Source: Candidatus Saccharimonadota bacterium
GTDB taxonomy: Bacteria > Patescibacteriota > Microgenomatia > UBA1406 > GWC2-37-13
DNA length: 32,000 nt
NCBI GenBank assembly: GCA_016432445.1
Contig: CP066689.1
Coordinates: 240,001-272,000, forward strand
Reading direction: 5' to 3'
The notes beneath the pieces were generated by a model. That model made no database searches. It worked only from the letters and a program-made list of their open reading frames with translations, and was not told the DNA's origin. Position numbers and translations under genes: made by a program. Shown here in pieces: positions 6,912-16,898 of the stretch (its first letter is position 1; each line of letters starts with the position of its first letter).

Positions 6912-7334
6912 TTAGGTAGCCTTGGTTTTCTCTAGTTTAGCTCCGTATTTGGAGCGAGAAGTTTTTCTTCCAATGACTCCAGCTGTATCAAATTTACCCC
7001 TAACTATGTGGTATTTTACTCCTGCTAAATCTTTAACCCGTCCACCGCGAACCATAACAATAGAATGTTCAGCTAGGTTGTGTCCGGTTCCCTGGATATA
7101 AGCAGTTACTTCCATTTTATTAGATAAACGGACTCTAGCAACTTTTCTTAAAGCCGAATTTGGTTTTCTAGGAGTCATAGTTCGAACGACAGTACAAACT
7201 CCTCTTTTCATAGGATTTGATGTTGGGGTATATCTTCTTTTTACAGCATTAAAACTAAGTTTCAATGCTGCTGATCTTGATTTTTTAACCCTCTTTGATC
7301 TTTTCCTCTTGATTAGTTGATTGATGGTAGGCAT
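6912..7334 (-). CDS. rpsL: 30S ribosomal protein S12
   Basis: Conserved N-terminus MPTINQLI fixes the start at 7334. Motifs [10 protein letters not shown] and [14 protein letters not shown] are present. Confidence 0.95.
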   Translation of the reverse strand: MPTINQLIKRKRSKRVKKSRSAALKLSFNAVKRRYTPTSNPMKRGVCTVVRTMTPRKPNSALRKVARVRLSNKMEVTAYIQGTGHNLAEHSIVMVRGGRVKDLAGVKYHIVRGKFDTAGVIGRKTSRSKYGAKLEKTKAT

Positions 7335-10300
7335 ATTTTGTTTGAAATTTACTGTAATATTTATCAATTAACTCTCTTGTAACAGGAATTAATCTTCCTA
7401 TTATAACATTTTCTTTGAGTCCTAACAAGTAGTCTACTTGTCCTTTTATGGCGGCTGAGGATAAAACATTTGTTGTCTGTTCAAATGAGGCAGATGAAAG
7501 CCATGAATCAGTATAGATAGCAGCTCTGGTTATTCCTAAAATAGAAACTTTTCCTACAGCGGGTTTTCCGCCTTGGGTTAATATTTTTTTGTTTTCTTCC
7601 CCAAATCTAACTTTAGAGACAACTTCATCTTTGATGAATGATGTATCACCTTCATCTTCAATAATGACTTTATCACTCATTTTTCTAACAATTATCTCAA
7701 AATGTTTATCATGGATGGTAATTCCTTGAGATTCATATACTTTCTGGATTTCATCAACTAAATATTGCTGAGCGGCTCTTAAGCCTTTAATGAGAAGTAC
7801 ATCATGAACATCAAGATGGCCTTCAGATAAAGGAGTACCGGAGACAATAAGGTCACCGTCTTTAAATCTTAAGTTTTGTGACATGGGAATAATAAACTCT
7901 TGTTCTTGAGTATCTTTGTCAGATGGAGTTATTTTTACTAAGTAGACGTCTTTGCTGGAGTCTTCTTTTATAGATATTTTTCCACTGATTTCAGCAATTG
8001 GAGAGACGACTTTAGGAGTTCTTGTTTCAAATAATTCTTCAACTCTGGGTAATCCTTGAGTAACGTCAGATATAACGATTCCTCCAAAATGTCTAACTCT
8101 CATGGTAAGCTGTGTTCCTGGTTCTCCGATTGATTGAGCGGCCATAACTCCTGCCGGCACGCCGATTTCTACGACATTATTAATAGAAAGATCAGTACCA
8201 TAACATTTTTGACATACGCCGTATTTAGATTGACAAAATAAAGGCGATCGAACCACAGCTGTCTCAATATTTTCTTTTTTAATTAAAGCGTCTTTTTCTA
8301 CGGTAATAAGTTCACCAGCTTTAATTATTACGTTTTTCTTTTCATCGAGAATATCTTTCAAGAGAAATCTTCCTTTGAGTCGGTCTATGAATTTTTCACC
8401 TCTTTCACCCTTTCTAGTTATCTCTAACCCTTCTGGAGTATGACAATCTTCTTCTCTTACGATCATATCATGGGCAGTATCAACAAGCCTTCGTGTAAGA
8501 TATCCGGCATCTGCAGTCTTTAGAGCTGAATCAGTTAGTCCTTTTCTAGCTCCACGGGCTGAGATAACATACTCAAAAATAGATAAGCCTTCCCTATAAT
8601 TGGATTTTGTCGGAACCTCAATGATCTTACCTAAGGGGTCAACAACGAGTCCCTTAATGGCTGACAGCTGTTTTAATTGTTCTCTTGAAGCTCTGGCTCC
8701 TCCTGATTTAATAATAATTTTAACAGGATTTTCTTCATCAATAGCATCCCAGGTCAAATCAGCTAATTTTTCAGTTGTTTCAATCCAAAGAGTGTTGGTA
8801 TATCTTCTTTTTTCATCTAAAGTTAAAAGACCTTGATCATAATTCTTTTCTATTTTTAGAACTTCTTTTTCTGTTTCTGCAACAATTTTACCCTTTTCAG
8901 GAATGATTTGATTGTCAAATATAGATAAAGAAAGACCTCCAGAGACTGTTGCGCCCCAAAAACCTATTTCTTTAATTTTATCGATAATCTCTCCGACTTT
9001 TTGGTTGTTATTAAATATTTTAATTGCGTCAACAACAATAGTTTTAATATCACTAGCTTTAACATCTGCATTGACGAATCGTAATTCTTCGGGGAGTACT
9101 TGATTAAAAAGAATCCTTCCTATTGATGTTTTGATAACTTTATTATCAATTTTGACAAGGACGGGTTGTCTTAAACCGATTTTGCCAACATTGTATAAGT
9201 TGACAGCTTCATCTTGAGTGGCAAATAATTTTAATTTTTCATCAGGTATATCTTTAAATTGATTATCGATAGTTGTTAGATAATAAACACCCAAAGCCAT
9301 TTCTTTGTTAGGAATAACAATTGGAGTGCCGTCAGCCGGCTTAAGAAGATTATGATATGGTAGCATTCTATTTTTGACCTCTTCAACAGCATTGGTTGAT
9401 AAAGGCAAAAATACACCCATAGCATCGCCATCAAAATCAGCATTATATCCAGCACAGACTGTAGGATGGAGTTTTATAGCATAGGAATCAGTAAGTACAG
9501 GATAAAATCCTAAGATAGATAATTTATGAAGGGTTGGAGCTCTATTTAAAAGTACAGGGTGATTTTTGATAATCTCTTCCAGAATATCATAGACTACAGG
9601 TTCTTTAAGCTCCAAAAAATTCTTAGCGCTTTTTATATTTGGTGCTAAACCTCGTACTATAATCTCATGAAGAAGATGAGGTTTAAAAAGTTCTATAGCC
9701 ATTTCTTTTGGAATACCGCATTGATCAATCTTAAGTTCTGGGCCGACAATAATAGTTGATCTTCCTGAGTAATCGACTCTTTTACCCAAAAGGTTTTGTC
9801 TAAAGCGGCCTTGTTTACCTCTTAAAATATCAGAAAGAGATTTAAGAATTTTGGTAGCCGCTCCGCCTTGAGCACGAGTTCTTCCTCTTGATTTTTGAAG
9901 GTCAATCAAAGAATCTACTGCTTCCTGCAACATTCTTTTTTCATTTCTTAAGATTATTTCGGGAGCGCCAAGATCAATAAGCTGTTTAAGACGGATATTA
10001 CGGTTAATGACTCTTCGATATAAATCATTCAAATCAGATGTCGCAAATTTACCTCCTGGTAGTTGTACTACTGGTCTTAAGTCAGGAGGAATGACAGGAA
10101 GTACAGTTAAAACCATCCAGTGAGGTTGAATAGTGCTTTTAGTAAAAGATTCGATAATCCTTGCTTTTTTTAGTAACTTATTTCTTCTATCTCCTTTAGC
10201 TTTATCAAGTTCCTGTAATGTATCAGTATAGAGTTTTTTAAGATCGATGTTAGAAAGGATATCATAGAGAACTTCTGACCCCATACCTACTTTAATAAAT

Positions 10301-11079
10301 TCATCAATATTTTTATCTTTCAAGAATAAATAATCATCTTCTTCAAGAGTGTCATTAGGTTTAAGAGCTTTAACAATTTTTATAATTCTGTCAAAAAAAC
10401 TAAGTTTTTGTGCTTTTTGTTCAACATGAATATCCGAAAGTCTTTTGAATTGTTCTCTTTCTTTAAGATCTATTTCCTGAAGAGTGATCTCTCTTTGTTC
10501 AGGATGAGTAATTTTATTTTTCACGTCTTCCTTTTCCTTCACGAAGTTTTGCATTAATTCGTGTTTATTATTTTCATATTTTTCTTCCTCATCTTTTATT
10601 ACTTTATTTCTCATTTCTTCAAGTTCTTCTAAAGATTTCTTTTGCTTTTCAGGGTCAATTTCTCTTATAAGATATAAAGCATAATAAATAATTCTTTCAA
10701 GAGCTTGTGGAGGAATATCTACGATTGTGCTTAAGGGGGATGAAGAACCTTTGAAATACCAAATGTGGGCGATAGGAGAGGCTAGCTTAATGTGCCCCAT
10801 TCTTTCTCGTCTCACAACAGACGAAGTAACTTCTACTCCACATCTGTCACAGACAATACCTCGATATCTAATTCTTTTATATTTGCCGCAATAACATTCA
10901 TAATCTTTAGTCGGTCCAAAAATTCTTTCATCAAATAGTCCGTCTTTTTCTGGTCTAAAAGTACGATAATTGATGGTCTCAGGTTTGGTTACTTCGCCTT
11001 TTGACCAGCTCAAAATATCCTCAGGAGAGGCAAGTCGAATTTTAAGGCCACTAAAATCTACAATATTTGTATCTTCCAT
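7285..11079 (-). CDS. rpoC: DNA-directed RNA polymerase subunit beta'
   Basis: Zn-binding [23 protein letters not shown] and catalytic NADFDGD. Start taken at MEDTNIV (11079), 10 nt after the rpoB stop. An alternative ATG at 11103 would overlap rpoB. Confidence 0.95.
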   Translation of the reverse strand: MEDTNIVDFSGLKIRLASPEDILSWSKGEVTKPETINYRTFRPEKDGLFDERIFGPTKDYECYCGKYKRIRYRGIVCDRCGVEVTSSVVRRERMGHIKLASPIAHIWYFKGSSSPLSTIVDIPPQALERIIYYALYLIREIDPEKQKKSLEELEEMRNKVIKDEEEKYENNKHELMQNFVKEKEDVKNKITHPEQREITLQEIDLKEREQFKRLSDIHVEQKAQKLSFFDRIIKIVKALKPNDTLEEDDYLFLKDKNIDEFIKVGMGSEVLYDILSNIDLKKLYTDTLQELDKAKGDRRNKLLKKARIIESFTKSTIQPHWMVLTVLPVIPPDLRPVVQLPGGKFATSDLNDLYRRVINRNIRLKQLIDLGAPEIILRNEKRMLQEAVDSLIDLQKSRGRTRAQGGAATKILKSLSDILRGKQGRFRQNLLGKRVDYSGRSTIIVGPELKIDQCGIPKEMAIELFKPHLLHEIIVRGLAPNIKSAKNFLELKEPVVYDILEEIIKNHPVLLNRAPTLHKLSILGFYPVLTDSYAIKLHPTVCAGYNADFDGDAMGVFLPLSTNAVEEVKNRMLPYHNLLKPADGTPIVIPNKEMALGVYYLTTIDNQFKDIPDEKLKLFATQDEAVNLYNVGKIGLRQPVLVKIDNKVIKTSIGRILFNQVLPEELRFVNADVKASDIKTIVVDAIKIFNNNQKVGEIIDKIKEIGFWGATVSGGLSLSIFDNQIIPEKGKIVAETEKEVLKIEKNYDQGLLTLDEKRRYTNTLWIETTEKLADLTWDAIDEENPVKIIIKSGGARASREQLKQLSAIKGLVVDPLGKIIEVPTKSNYREGLSIFEYVISARGARKGLTDSALKTADAGYLTRRLVDTAHDMIVREEDCHTPEGLEITRKGERGEKFIDRLKGRFLLKDILDEKKNVIIKAGELITVEKDALIKKENIETAVVRSPLFCQSKYGVCQKCYGTDLSINNVVEIGVPAGVMAAQSIGEPGTQLTMRVRHFGGIVISDVTQGLPRVEELFETRTPKVVSPIAEISGKISIKEDSSKDVYLVKITPSDKDTQEQEFIIPMSQNLRFKDGDLIVSGTPLSEGHLDVHDVLLIKGLRAAQQYLVDEIQKVYESQGITIHDKHFEIIVRKMSDKVIIEDEGDTSFIKDEVVSKVRFGEENKKILTQGGKPAVGKVSILGITRAAIYTDSWLSSASFEQTTNVLSSAAIKGQVDYLLGLKENVIIGRLIPVTRELIDKYYSKFQTKYAYHQSTNQEEKIKEG

Positions 11080-11089
11080 GTTTAAATAT

Positions 11090-14000
11090 TTAAATAAAAT
11101 CAATTGATAAACCTAAAGCATTAAGTTCTTTTAAAAGTACATGGAATGATTCAGGTACGTTGGATTGAGGTATATCAAGTCCTTTAATAATAGATTCAAA
11201 AGCTTTAGTTCTTCCCCTAACATCATCACTTTTTATAGTTAACATTTCCTGGAGAGTTGATGGAACTCGGTGCGACTCAAGAGCCCAAACTTCCATCTCT
11301 CCAAATCTTTGTCCACCCATTTGTGATTTTCCGCCCAATGGTTGCTGAGTAACCAAAGAGTATGGTCCGACTGATCGGGCATGGAATTTATCTTCAACCA
11401 TATGTATAAGTTTCATGATGTAGCCGGTTCCAACAAGGACATCTCTTTCAAATTTTTTTCCTGTTTGTCCATCATAAAGAATAACTTTTCCATCCATAGG
11501 CAAGCCTAGTTCTTTAAGATTTTGGGTTATAAACTCTTCCTTCAGTTTTTCAAAAACTGGAATTGAAATTTTTATACCTTTATTGCGAGCAATAGTGCCA
11601 AGCAAAGTTTCAAAAAGCTGTCCCAGGTTCATTCTTGAGAGAATAGAAAGGGGTGAGATTATAATATCAACTGGGGTGCCGTCTTCAAGATGAGGCATAT
11701 CCCACTCAGGCATAATTCTTGAAATTACACCTTTATTTCCATGTCTTCCTGCCAGTTTATCACCAACGGATATTTTTCTAAGCTGGGCTGTGGTGACTAA
11801 GATTCTTTTCATAACGCTTGGTTCAAGTTCATTGGGGTCTTTTTTACTATCAATAATTTCGATGTTAACAATTGTGCCTCTTTTTCCATAGGGCATTCTT
11901 AAAGATGTGTCTTTGACATCTTTAGCTTTTTCTCCAAATATAGCTCGAAGCAGACGTTCTTCAGCTGTAAGTTCTCTCTCTCCTTTTGGAGCAACTTTTC
12001 CCACCAAAATATCACCACTTTTTACTTCAGTACCGATAACTATCAGTCCTTCACGATCAAGATTCTGCAAAACTTCTTCTCGGACATTTGGAATATCACG
12101 AGTTAGCTCTTCTGGTCCAAGTTTAGTGTCCACTAAATCGGCCACAAACTCTTCACCAGTTATTGATGTTAAAACATCTTCTTTAATTAAGCGTTCAGAA
12201 ATAACAAATCCATCTTCATATCCTAAACCGTTAAGTGAGGTATAGGCGATAACGAGATTTTTTCCAAGGGCAAGTTTACCATCTTCCGTAGCTGGTCCAT
12301 CAATGATCACTTGGCCTTTTTTAACTTTTTGATTAGGTTCAACTCTTGGTTTTTGATCAAAAGTAACGTCTTTATTAGTTTTAATGTATCTTTCCAAAGA
12401 ATATGTATATTTTTTTCCACTTTTTCCTTTCATAATAACTTTTTCACCGTCAACATAATCGACAACGCCATCTTCTTCAGCAAAAACAGTGCGATTCAAA
12501 GCAGAAGAAATCTTTTGTTCCATGCCGGTACCAACAACTGGAGCTTCAGGGTTAACCAATGGAACTGCTTGACATTGCATGTGTGTACCCATGAGAGCCC
12601 GGCTAGCATCATCATTTTGCAAAAAAGGAATCAAAGCCGCAGCTATTCCAACAACTTGTCGTGGAGAAAAATCAATAAGATCAACTTTATCTGTTGGTAT
12701 TTCAATAATATCACCTTGATGGCGGACAACAACATGTTTGTCCGTAATGGATCCTTTTTCATCAACATGTGTGTTAGCTGAGGTAATATAATATTGTTCT
12801 TCATCATCAGCTTGAAGGTAAACAATTTCATCAGATATTTTTACTTTAATTGAACTTCCTGATTTATCTTTAATGATTTTTTTATATGGTGTTTCAAGAA
12901 ATCCATATTTATTAACTCTTGAATATAAAGCCATGTAGGTTACAACACCAATATTTGGACCTTCCGGAGATCTAATAGGATCAATTCTTCCATATTGGGA
13001 AGATGAAATATCACGAATAGAGAATGATGCTCTTTCTTTTTCAATTCCGCCTGGACCGCCGACAGTAATTCTTCTTAAATTATCAAGTTCAGCTAAAGGA
13101 TTGGTTTGATCGACAATAGTTGAAAGCTGACTGGTTCGATAAAATGAGTTAATAGCCATGATAATAGGTTTAGAGTTAATGATTTGCGATGGAGTAGGAT
13201 GAACATCACCAGCTACAAGACTCATTCTTTCTTTAATTTCTTTTTCGGTTCTTACCATACCGACTCTTATACCGTACATTCCTATTAATTCACCAACAGT
13301 TCTTAATCGTCTGTGTCCTAAATGATCAATATCATCAAAATTGCCTTTTCCTTGAGTGAGATTCATGAGATATTTAATGGTTTTGATAATATCTTTTTTA
13401 TTTAGAAGATGATTTTCATTGTTAATCTCAGCATCAAGATTCAATTTTTTATTAATTTTATATCGGCCAACATCAGCTAAAGAATAGCGGCGTCGCTCAA
13501 AAAACATTGTCGATAAAGTTTTGTAAGCGTTATCAAGGATGAGAGGTTCTCCTGGTTTAATTTTTCTATAAAACTCTAAGACTGCTTCGTTTTTATCTCT
13601 TGTTCGGTCTTTTTTAAAGGTTGGGATTAAGTATTTTTCAACGATTTCTTTATCAAGATCTTGGAAGTATTGCAGCAGTTCATTATTATTCTCCCCATCA
13701 AAAATTCTTAGGAAAACTGAGGCTAAAAATTTTCTTTTTTTGTTTACTTTCATTTCTAAAAGTCCATGTTTATTGATTATAAAGTCAATCCAAGCTCCAA
13801 TATATGGTCTAATCTCGGCGTTATATAAAGTAAGACCAGTGGTTTTATCAATCTCAGCAGTAAAGTAAACACCAGGAGCTCTGACTATTTGATTAATAAT
13901 TGCTCTTTCTATTCCATTGATTATGAATGTCCCGCGATCTGTCATTTTGGGAAGATTAAAGAAATAGACATCTTGTTTTTTTTCAGAACCAGTTTTTTTA

Positions 14001-14302
14001 TTGATTAAATGAAGTCGAAGATAAACGGGAGAATCATAAGTAAGTTTCTTTTTAATACATAAATCTATTGGGTATCTTGGTTCACCGTAATAAAGATCAT
14101 CAAAATAAAGAGAAAATTTTTTACCCGTATAATCTTCTATAGGGAAAAACTCTTTTAATATTTCTTTTAAATCCGTCTCAAGAAATTTTTTCCAGGATTC
14201 TTTTTGTACCTCGATTAAATCTAACTTAAGTTTTTTTCCTTCTTTTCCTATAAAGATGTCTTCTGATGAAGATAAAGAGTTTGATTTGGGCGGTTTATTC
14301 AT
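11090..14302 (-). CDS. rpoB: DNA-directed RNA polymerase subunit beta
   Basis: 1070 aa. Conserved blocks include SQLSxxxDQxNPL, GPGG, PEGPNIG and NMGQ-type segments. Confidence 0.97.
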   Translation of the reverse strand: MNKPPKSNSLSSSEDIFIGKEGKKLKLDLIEVQKESWKKFLETDLKEILKEFFPIEDYTGKKFSLYFDDLYYGEPRYPIDLCIKKKLTYDSPVYLRLHLINKKTGSEKKQDVYFFNLPKMTDRGTFIINGIERAIINQIVRAPGVYFTAEIDKTTGLTLYNAEIRPYIGAWIDFIINKHGLLEMKVNKKRKFLASVFLRIFDGENNNELLQYFQDLDKEIVEKYLIPTFKKDRTRDKNEAVLEFYRKIKPGEPLILDNAYKTLSTMFFERRRYSLADVGRYKINKKLNLDAEINNENHLLNKKDIIKTIKYLMNLTQGKGNFDDIDHLGHRRLRTVGELIGMYGIRVGMVRTEKEIKERMSLVAGDVHPTPSQIINSKPIIMAINSFYRTSQLSTIVDQTNPLAELDNLRRITVGGPGGIEKERASFSIRDISSSQYGRIDPIRSPEGPNIGVVTYMALYSRVNKYGFLETPYKKIIKDKSGSSIKVKISDEIVYLQADDEEQYYITSANTHVDEKGSITDKHVVVRHQGDIIEIPTDKVDLIDFSPRQVVGIAAALIPFLQNDDASRALMGTHMQCQAVPLVNPEAPVVGTGMEQKISSALNRTVFAEEDGVVDYVDGEKVIMKGKSGKKYTYSLERYIKTNKDVTFDQKPRVEPNQKVKKGQVIIDGPATEDGKLALGKNLVIAYTSLNGLGYEDGFVISERLIKEDVLTSITGEEFVADLVDTKLGPEELTRDIPNVREEVLQNLDREGLIVIGTEVKSGDILVGKVAPKGERELTAEERLLRAIFGEKAKDVKDTSLRMPYGKRGTIVNIEIIDSKKDPNELEPSVMKRILVTTAQLRKISVGDKLAGRHGNKGVISRIMPEWDMPHLEDGTPVDIIISPLSILSRMNLGQLFETLLGTIARNKGIKISIPVFEKLKEEFITQNLKELGLPMDGKVILYDGQTGKKFERDVLVGTGYIMKLIHMVEDKFHARSVGPYSLVTQQPLGGKSQMGGQRFGEMEVWALESHRVPSTLQEMLTIKSDDVRGRTKAFESIIKGLDIPQSNVPESFHVLLKELNALGLSIDFI

Positions 14303-14330
14303 CTTTTATGTTTTGAAGATTAATTTCAAA

Positions 14331-14360
14331 TAACAAGAAAAACCCTACTTAGGTAGGGTG
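14331..14360 (-). terminator. Intrinsic-terminator-like hairpin in the rpoB leader
   Basis: Minus strand reads ACCCTAC-CTAA-GTAGGGT followed by TTTTTCTTGTT. It lies about 30 nt upstream of the rpoB ATG. Confidence 0.5.
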
Positions 14361-14376
14361 TTTAAAAAACTACAAT

Positions 14377-14405
14377 AATATACTATACTTTTGACCTATT
14401 GTCAA
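14377..14405 (-). promoter_or_regulatory. Sigma-70-type promoter-like element upstream of rpoB
   Basis: Minus strand: TTGACA (complement of 14400..14405, overlapping the TGA stop of the upstream gene), 17-nt spacer, TATATT (complement of 14377..14382). Confidence 0.45.
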
Positions 14406-14764
14406 GGGTTAATAATCTTGCCTCCCTTAGCAAAAAATTTCTTTACGTATTTACTCGGTTGAGCCGCGTTTTTTATTTTATCAATCACGTTTTCGATAGT
14501 ATGCACTTTCTGCAAGGTTTTTTCTTGATTATGCTGGGTAGGCTGATCATCATTATCATGATTTACAATTACGTTTAACACTTCAGGAATACTTTTAATT
14601 AAATCTGGAGAAATGTTTTCAATATTCTCAGACATTTCTAAGACTTTTTTAAGTTTGTGCCGACCTTGTTTAGTACCTAATAGATAAACAGCAACAGCTG
14701 TACTTAATGTTCCTAGTGCAAAACCAAACCAAAAATTGGTTGGATGGTTATTTTGTTTTTTCAT
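14402..14764 (-). CDS. YtxH-like membrane-anchored protein
   Basis: N-terminal TM helix followed by a GTKQGRHKLKK motif typical of YtxH-type proteins. Overlaps the upstream DUF948-like gene by 17 nt. Confidence 0.55.
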   Translation of the reverse strand: MKKQNNHPTNFWFGFALGTLSTAVAVYLLGTKQGRHKLKKVLEMSENIENISPDLIKSIPEVLNVIVNHDNDDQPTQHNQEKTLQKVHTIENVIDKIKNAAQPSKYVKKFFAKGGKIINP

Positions 14765-15011
14765 GTTTTTTAGGCAAAGCGATGTCTATGACCTTGATGA
14801 TAGTTTTAAACCCATTCAAAAAGCCTGTAATTTCTGAAAGACCGCCTTGAAGTCCTGAGCCTAAAGAGCCAAATTCATCAATAACTTGATTAATATTTTT
14901 AAGCACTTTTCTTAATTCCCTTAAAATAAAAACTAATTGTAAGCCAATTATTACTAAAAGAATGGTTGAAAGACTTAAAACGATTGTAAGCAATAGTTGA
15001 GTTGTGTCCAT
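14748..15011 (-). CDS. DUF948-like small membrane protein
   Basis: 87 aa, N-terminal TM helix then a helical LRELRKVLKNINQVIDE segment. The DUF948 + YtxH gene pairing is known from Firmicutes. Confidence 0.5.
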   Translation of the reverse strand: MDTTQLLLTIVLSLSTILLVIIGLQLVFILRELRKVLKNINQVIDEFGSLGSGLQGGLSEITGFLNGFKTIIKVIDIALPKKHEKTK

Positions 15012-15020
15012 ATTAAATCA

Positions 15021-15749
15021 TTATACTGTAAATCCATTTTTTTTTGCCCAGTATATATTAGCTCGAAGTAAACTATTAAATGTTCCGGCATCTTCCCATA
15101 ATCCTTCAATAATACTGACTTTTAATTCGCCCATTTCCAAGAAAGTGTTGTTAATGCTTGGCGTGCCATTGATTTCGAGTTCGCCTCGACCAGAAGGTTT
15201 TAGGTTTTTGGCGATCTCAATCACTCGATGATCGTAAATATAAAAACCGACAGAGGCATAATTACTTTTTGGGTTTGCCGGTTTTTCTTCAATTGAAATA
15301 ACTTTCATATCTTTATCAAACTCAACGACTCCAGAACGTTCGGGATCATGGACTTGTTTTACAAATGTTACTGCTCCACTAGAAAAATTTTGTATAAAAG
15401 GAGAGAAATCATAATCAAAAATATTGTCGCCTAAAATAAGGCAGACATTGTCATCACCAATAAAGTTTTCACCAATAATAAAAGCATCAGCTAAACCTCG
15501 TGGTTCTTCTTGAATTTCATAGGTAAAACGCGCTCCAAATTCTTTTCCAGATCCTAATAAATTTAAAAAATGGCCAGAATATTCTGGAGCCATAATGATG
15601 AGAATATCTTTGATCCCTCCCTTAAGAAGTGTTTCAAGAGGGTAAAAGATCATTGGTTTATTGTAAACAGGTAAAAGCTGTTTAGAAGTAATTTTACTTA
15701 AAGGTTTGAGACGAGTAGCTTTGCCTCCAGCAAGAACGATTCCTTTCAT
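15021..15749 (-). CDS. Sugar-phosphate nucleotidyltransferase (RmlA/glucose-1-phosphate thymidylyltransferase-like, short form)
   Basis: N-terminus MKGIVLAGGKATRLKPLSKITSKQLLPVYNKPMIFYPLETL closely follows the RmlA family pattern. Confidence 0.8.
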   Translation of the reverse strand: MKGIVLAGGKATRLKPLSKITSKQLLPVYNKPMIFYPLETLLKGGIKDILIIMAPEYSGHFLNLLGSGKEFGARFTYEIQEEPRGLADAFIIGENFIGDDNVCLILGDNIFDYDFSPFIQNFSSGAVTFVKQVHDPERSGVVEFDKDMKVISIEEKPANPKSNYASVGFYIYDHRVIEIAKNLKPSGRGELEINGTPSINNTFLEMGELKVSIIEGLWEDAGTFNSLLRANIYWAKKNGFTV

Positions 15750-15752
15750 TTC

Positions 15753-16034
15753 TTATGGAAAAATAATAATTTTCATCAAGAATATTAGAGTAAACGCAAT
15801 TAGGATATATTCTATCACAGCTTTAAGATGGAGTGTATTTTCTATAATATGATGATAGATGCCCCAGATAATATAAAGAGAGGTAAAGGCAAAAATTATA
15901 AGAAATTCCATTAATTTTTCTCCTTTAAACAAACTTAATCCCATCAAAAAGAATACTCCGGCAGTTAAGAGGATAAGATAGTCGAATAAATGTTTCTTAA
16001 GCTCAACTTTGAGATATTTTATTAAGTGTTTCAT
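15753..16034 (-). CDS. Hypothetical small integral membrane protein (about 3 TM)
   Basis: 93-aa hydrophobic ORF tightly packed in the same-strand operon. Confidence 0.55.
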   Translation of the reverse strand: MKHLIKYLKVELKKHLFDYLILLTAGVFFLMGLSLFKGEKLMEFLIIFAFTSLYIIWGIYHHIIENTLHLKAVIEYILIAFTLIFLMKIIIFP

Positions 16035-16040
16035 ACAGGC

Positions 16041-16898
16041 TTATATGATTGAACCTTTTACTAAAACTAATAGTCCCAGCAACATAAATCCAATAAAAAT
16101 AAAATGGGCCAAATTTTTTCCTCCAACTTTTACTATTTTCATTCGGGCGGCAAAGTAGATATCAATGCCAAGAGTTAAAAGTAAAAATAAAATAAACATG
16201 GTATTTAAGTTAAAGGCAAATTTGGATAAATTTATTAATGGTTTGTTAGTTTGTTGAGCTAAAACGTTTTCATTAGTTGGTTTTTCTTTTTGAATGTTCA
16301 TATTTTGAACTTGAGAAAAAGAGGAGTTGTATGATTTGCCAAACATCTGAACCACTAAGGTTGTTTGCTCACCGTTTAATACTCCATTAACAACAGCAAA
16401 ACCAATTTCAGAGTAATCTCTCTTTAAAATATTTTCTCTATGAGTTTTGGAGTTCATCCACGCGTCAATTACTCCTTGACTAAACATAAAGTTTTTAGCT
16501 AAGTTCTCTCCAGCAAATTCATATTGATATTCTGAAGATAAAATAAAATCCCAAGGAGTAGTGCCTTCAGGAGAAAAATGAGCCCAATAATTTTTATTGA
16601 ACATATCTAGTGCCTTTTTTTTAGCGGCAAGAGATAATTTTTCATTATAAGATAATAATGGTAAATTATTATTTGTTCTTTCTTTATTAGTAAGATCTAA
16701 TAACTTATTCACAGTAATGTCAGTTGCAAAACCTAAGATGTTTGGGAATTGGACGCTTGAATATTTAAAAAAGAAAGTAAAAAAAAGAGCCATAAAAAGA
16801 TAAAAAGTAAGGAAGTTTAGATGAAGAGGTTTAGCTCTAAAATCATTTTCTTCTTTTGGTATAAAAGTATAATGAAAAAAATCTCTTACGTTTTTCAT
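16041..16898 (-). CDS. CAP/SCP (YkwD-like) domain protein with membrane anchors
   Basis: Central NKERTNNNLPLL..YWAHFSPEGTTPW..GENLA..WMNSKTHRENIL pattern typical of the CAP domain. TM segments at both ends. Confidence 0.7.
   Translation of the reverse strand: MKNVRDFFHYTFIPKEENDFRAKPLHLNFLTFYLFMALFFTFFFKYSSVQFPNILGFATDITVNKLLDLTNKERTNNNLPLLSYNEKLSLAAKKKALDMFNKNYWAHFSPEGTTPWDFILSSEYQYEFAGENLAKNFMFSQGVIDAWMNSKTHRENILKRDYSEIGFAVVNGVLNGEQTTLVVQMFGKSYNSSFSQVQNMNIQKEKPTNENVLAQQTNKPLINLSKFAFNLNTMFILFLLLTLGIDIYFAARMKIVKVGGKNLAHFIFIGFMLLGLLVLVKGSII

Noticed and set aside
8600-9103. Plus-strand ORFs 8600..8836 and 8912..9103 inside rpoC
   Set aside because: They are antisense to conserved beta' sequence, with no start context or motifs.
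7700-10700. Extra ~80 aa charged segment in beta' between the zinc-binding region and the PHWMVL block, considered as an intein or mobile insertion
   Set aside because: No intein splice motifs are present. Lineage-specific coiled-coil insertions at this site of beta' are common.
11907-12831. ORFs of 112, 156 and 62 aa (11907..12245 +, 12311..12781 +, 12643..12831 -) inside rpoB
   Set aside because: They lie antisense to, or out of frame within, an unambiguous full-length rpoB. Their low-complexity Ser/Phe/Ile/Asn-rich translations are typical of chance ORFs in AT-rich DNA, and no recognisable motif is present.
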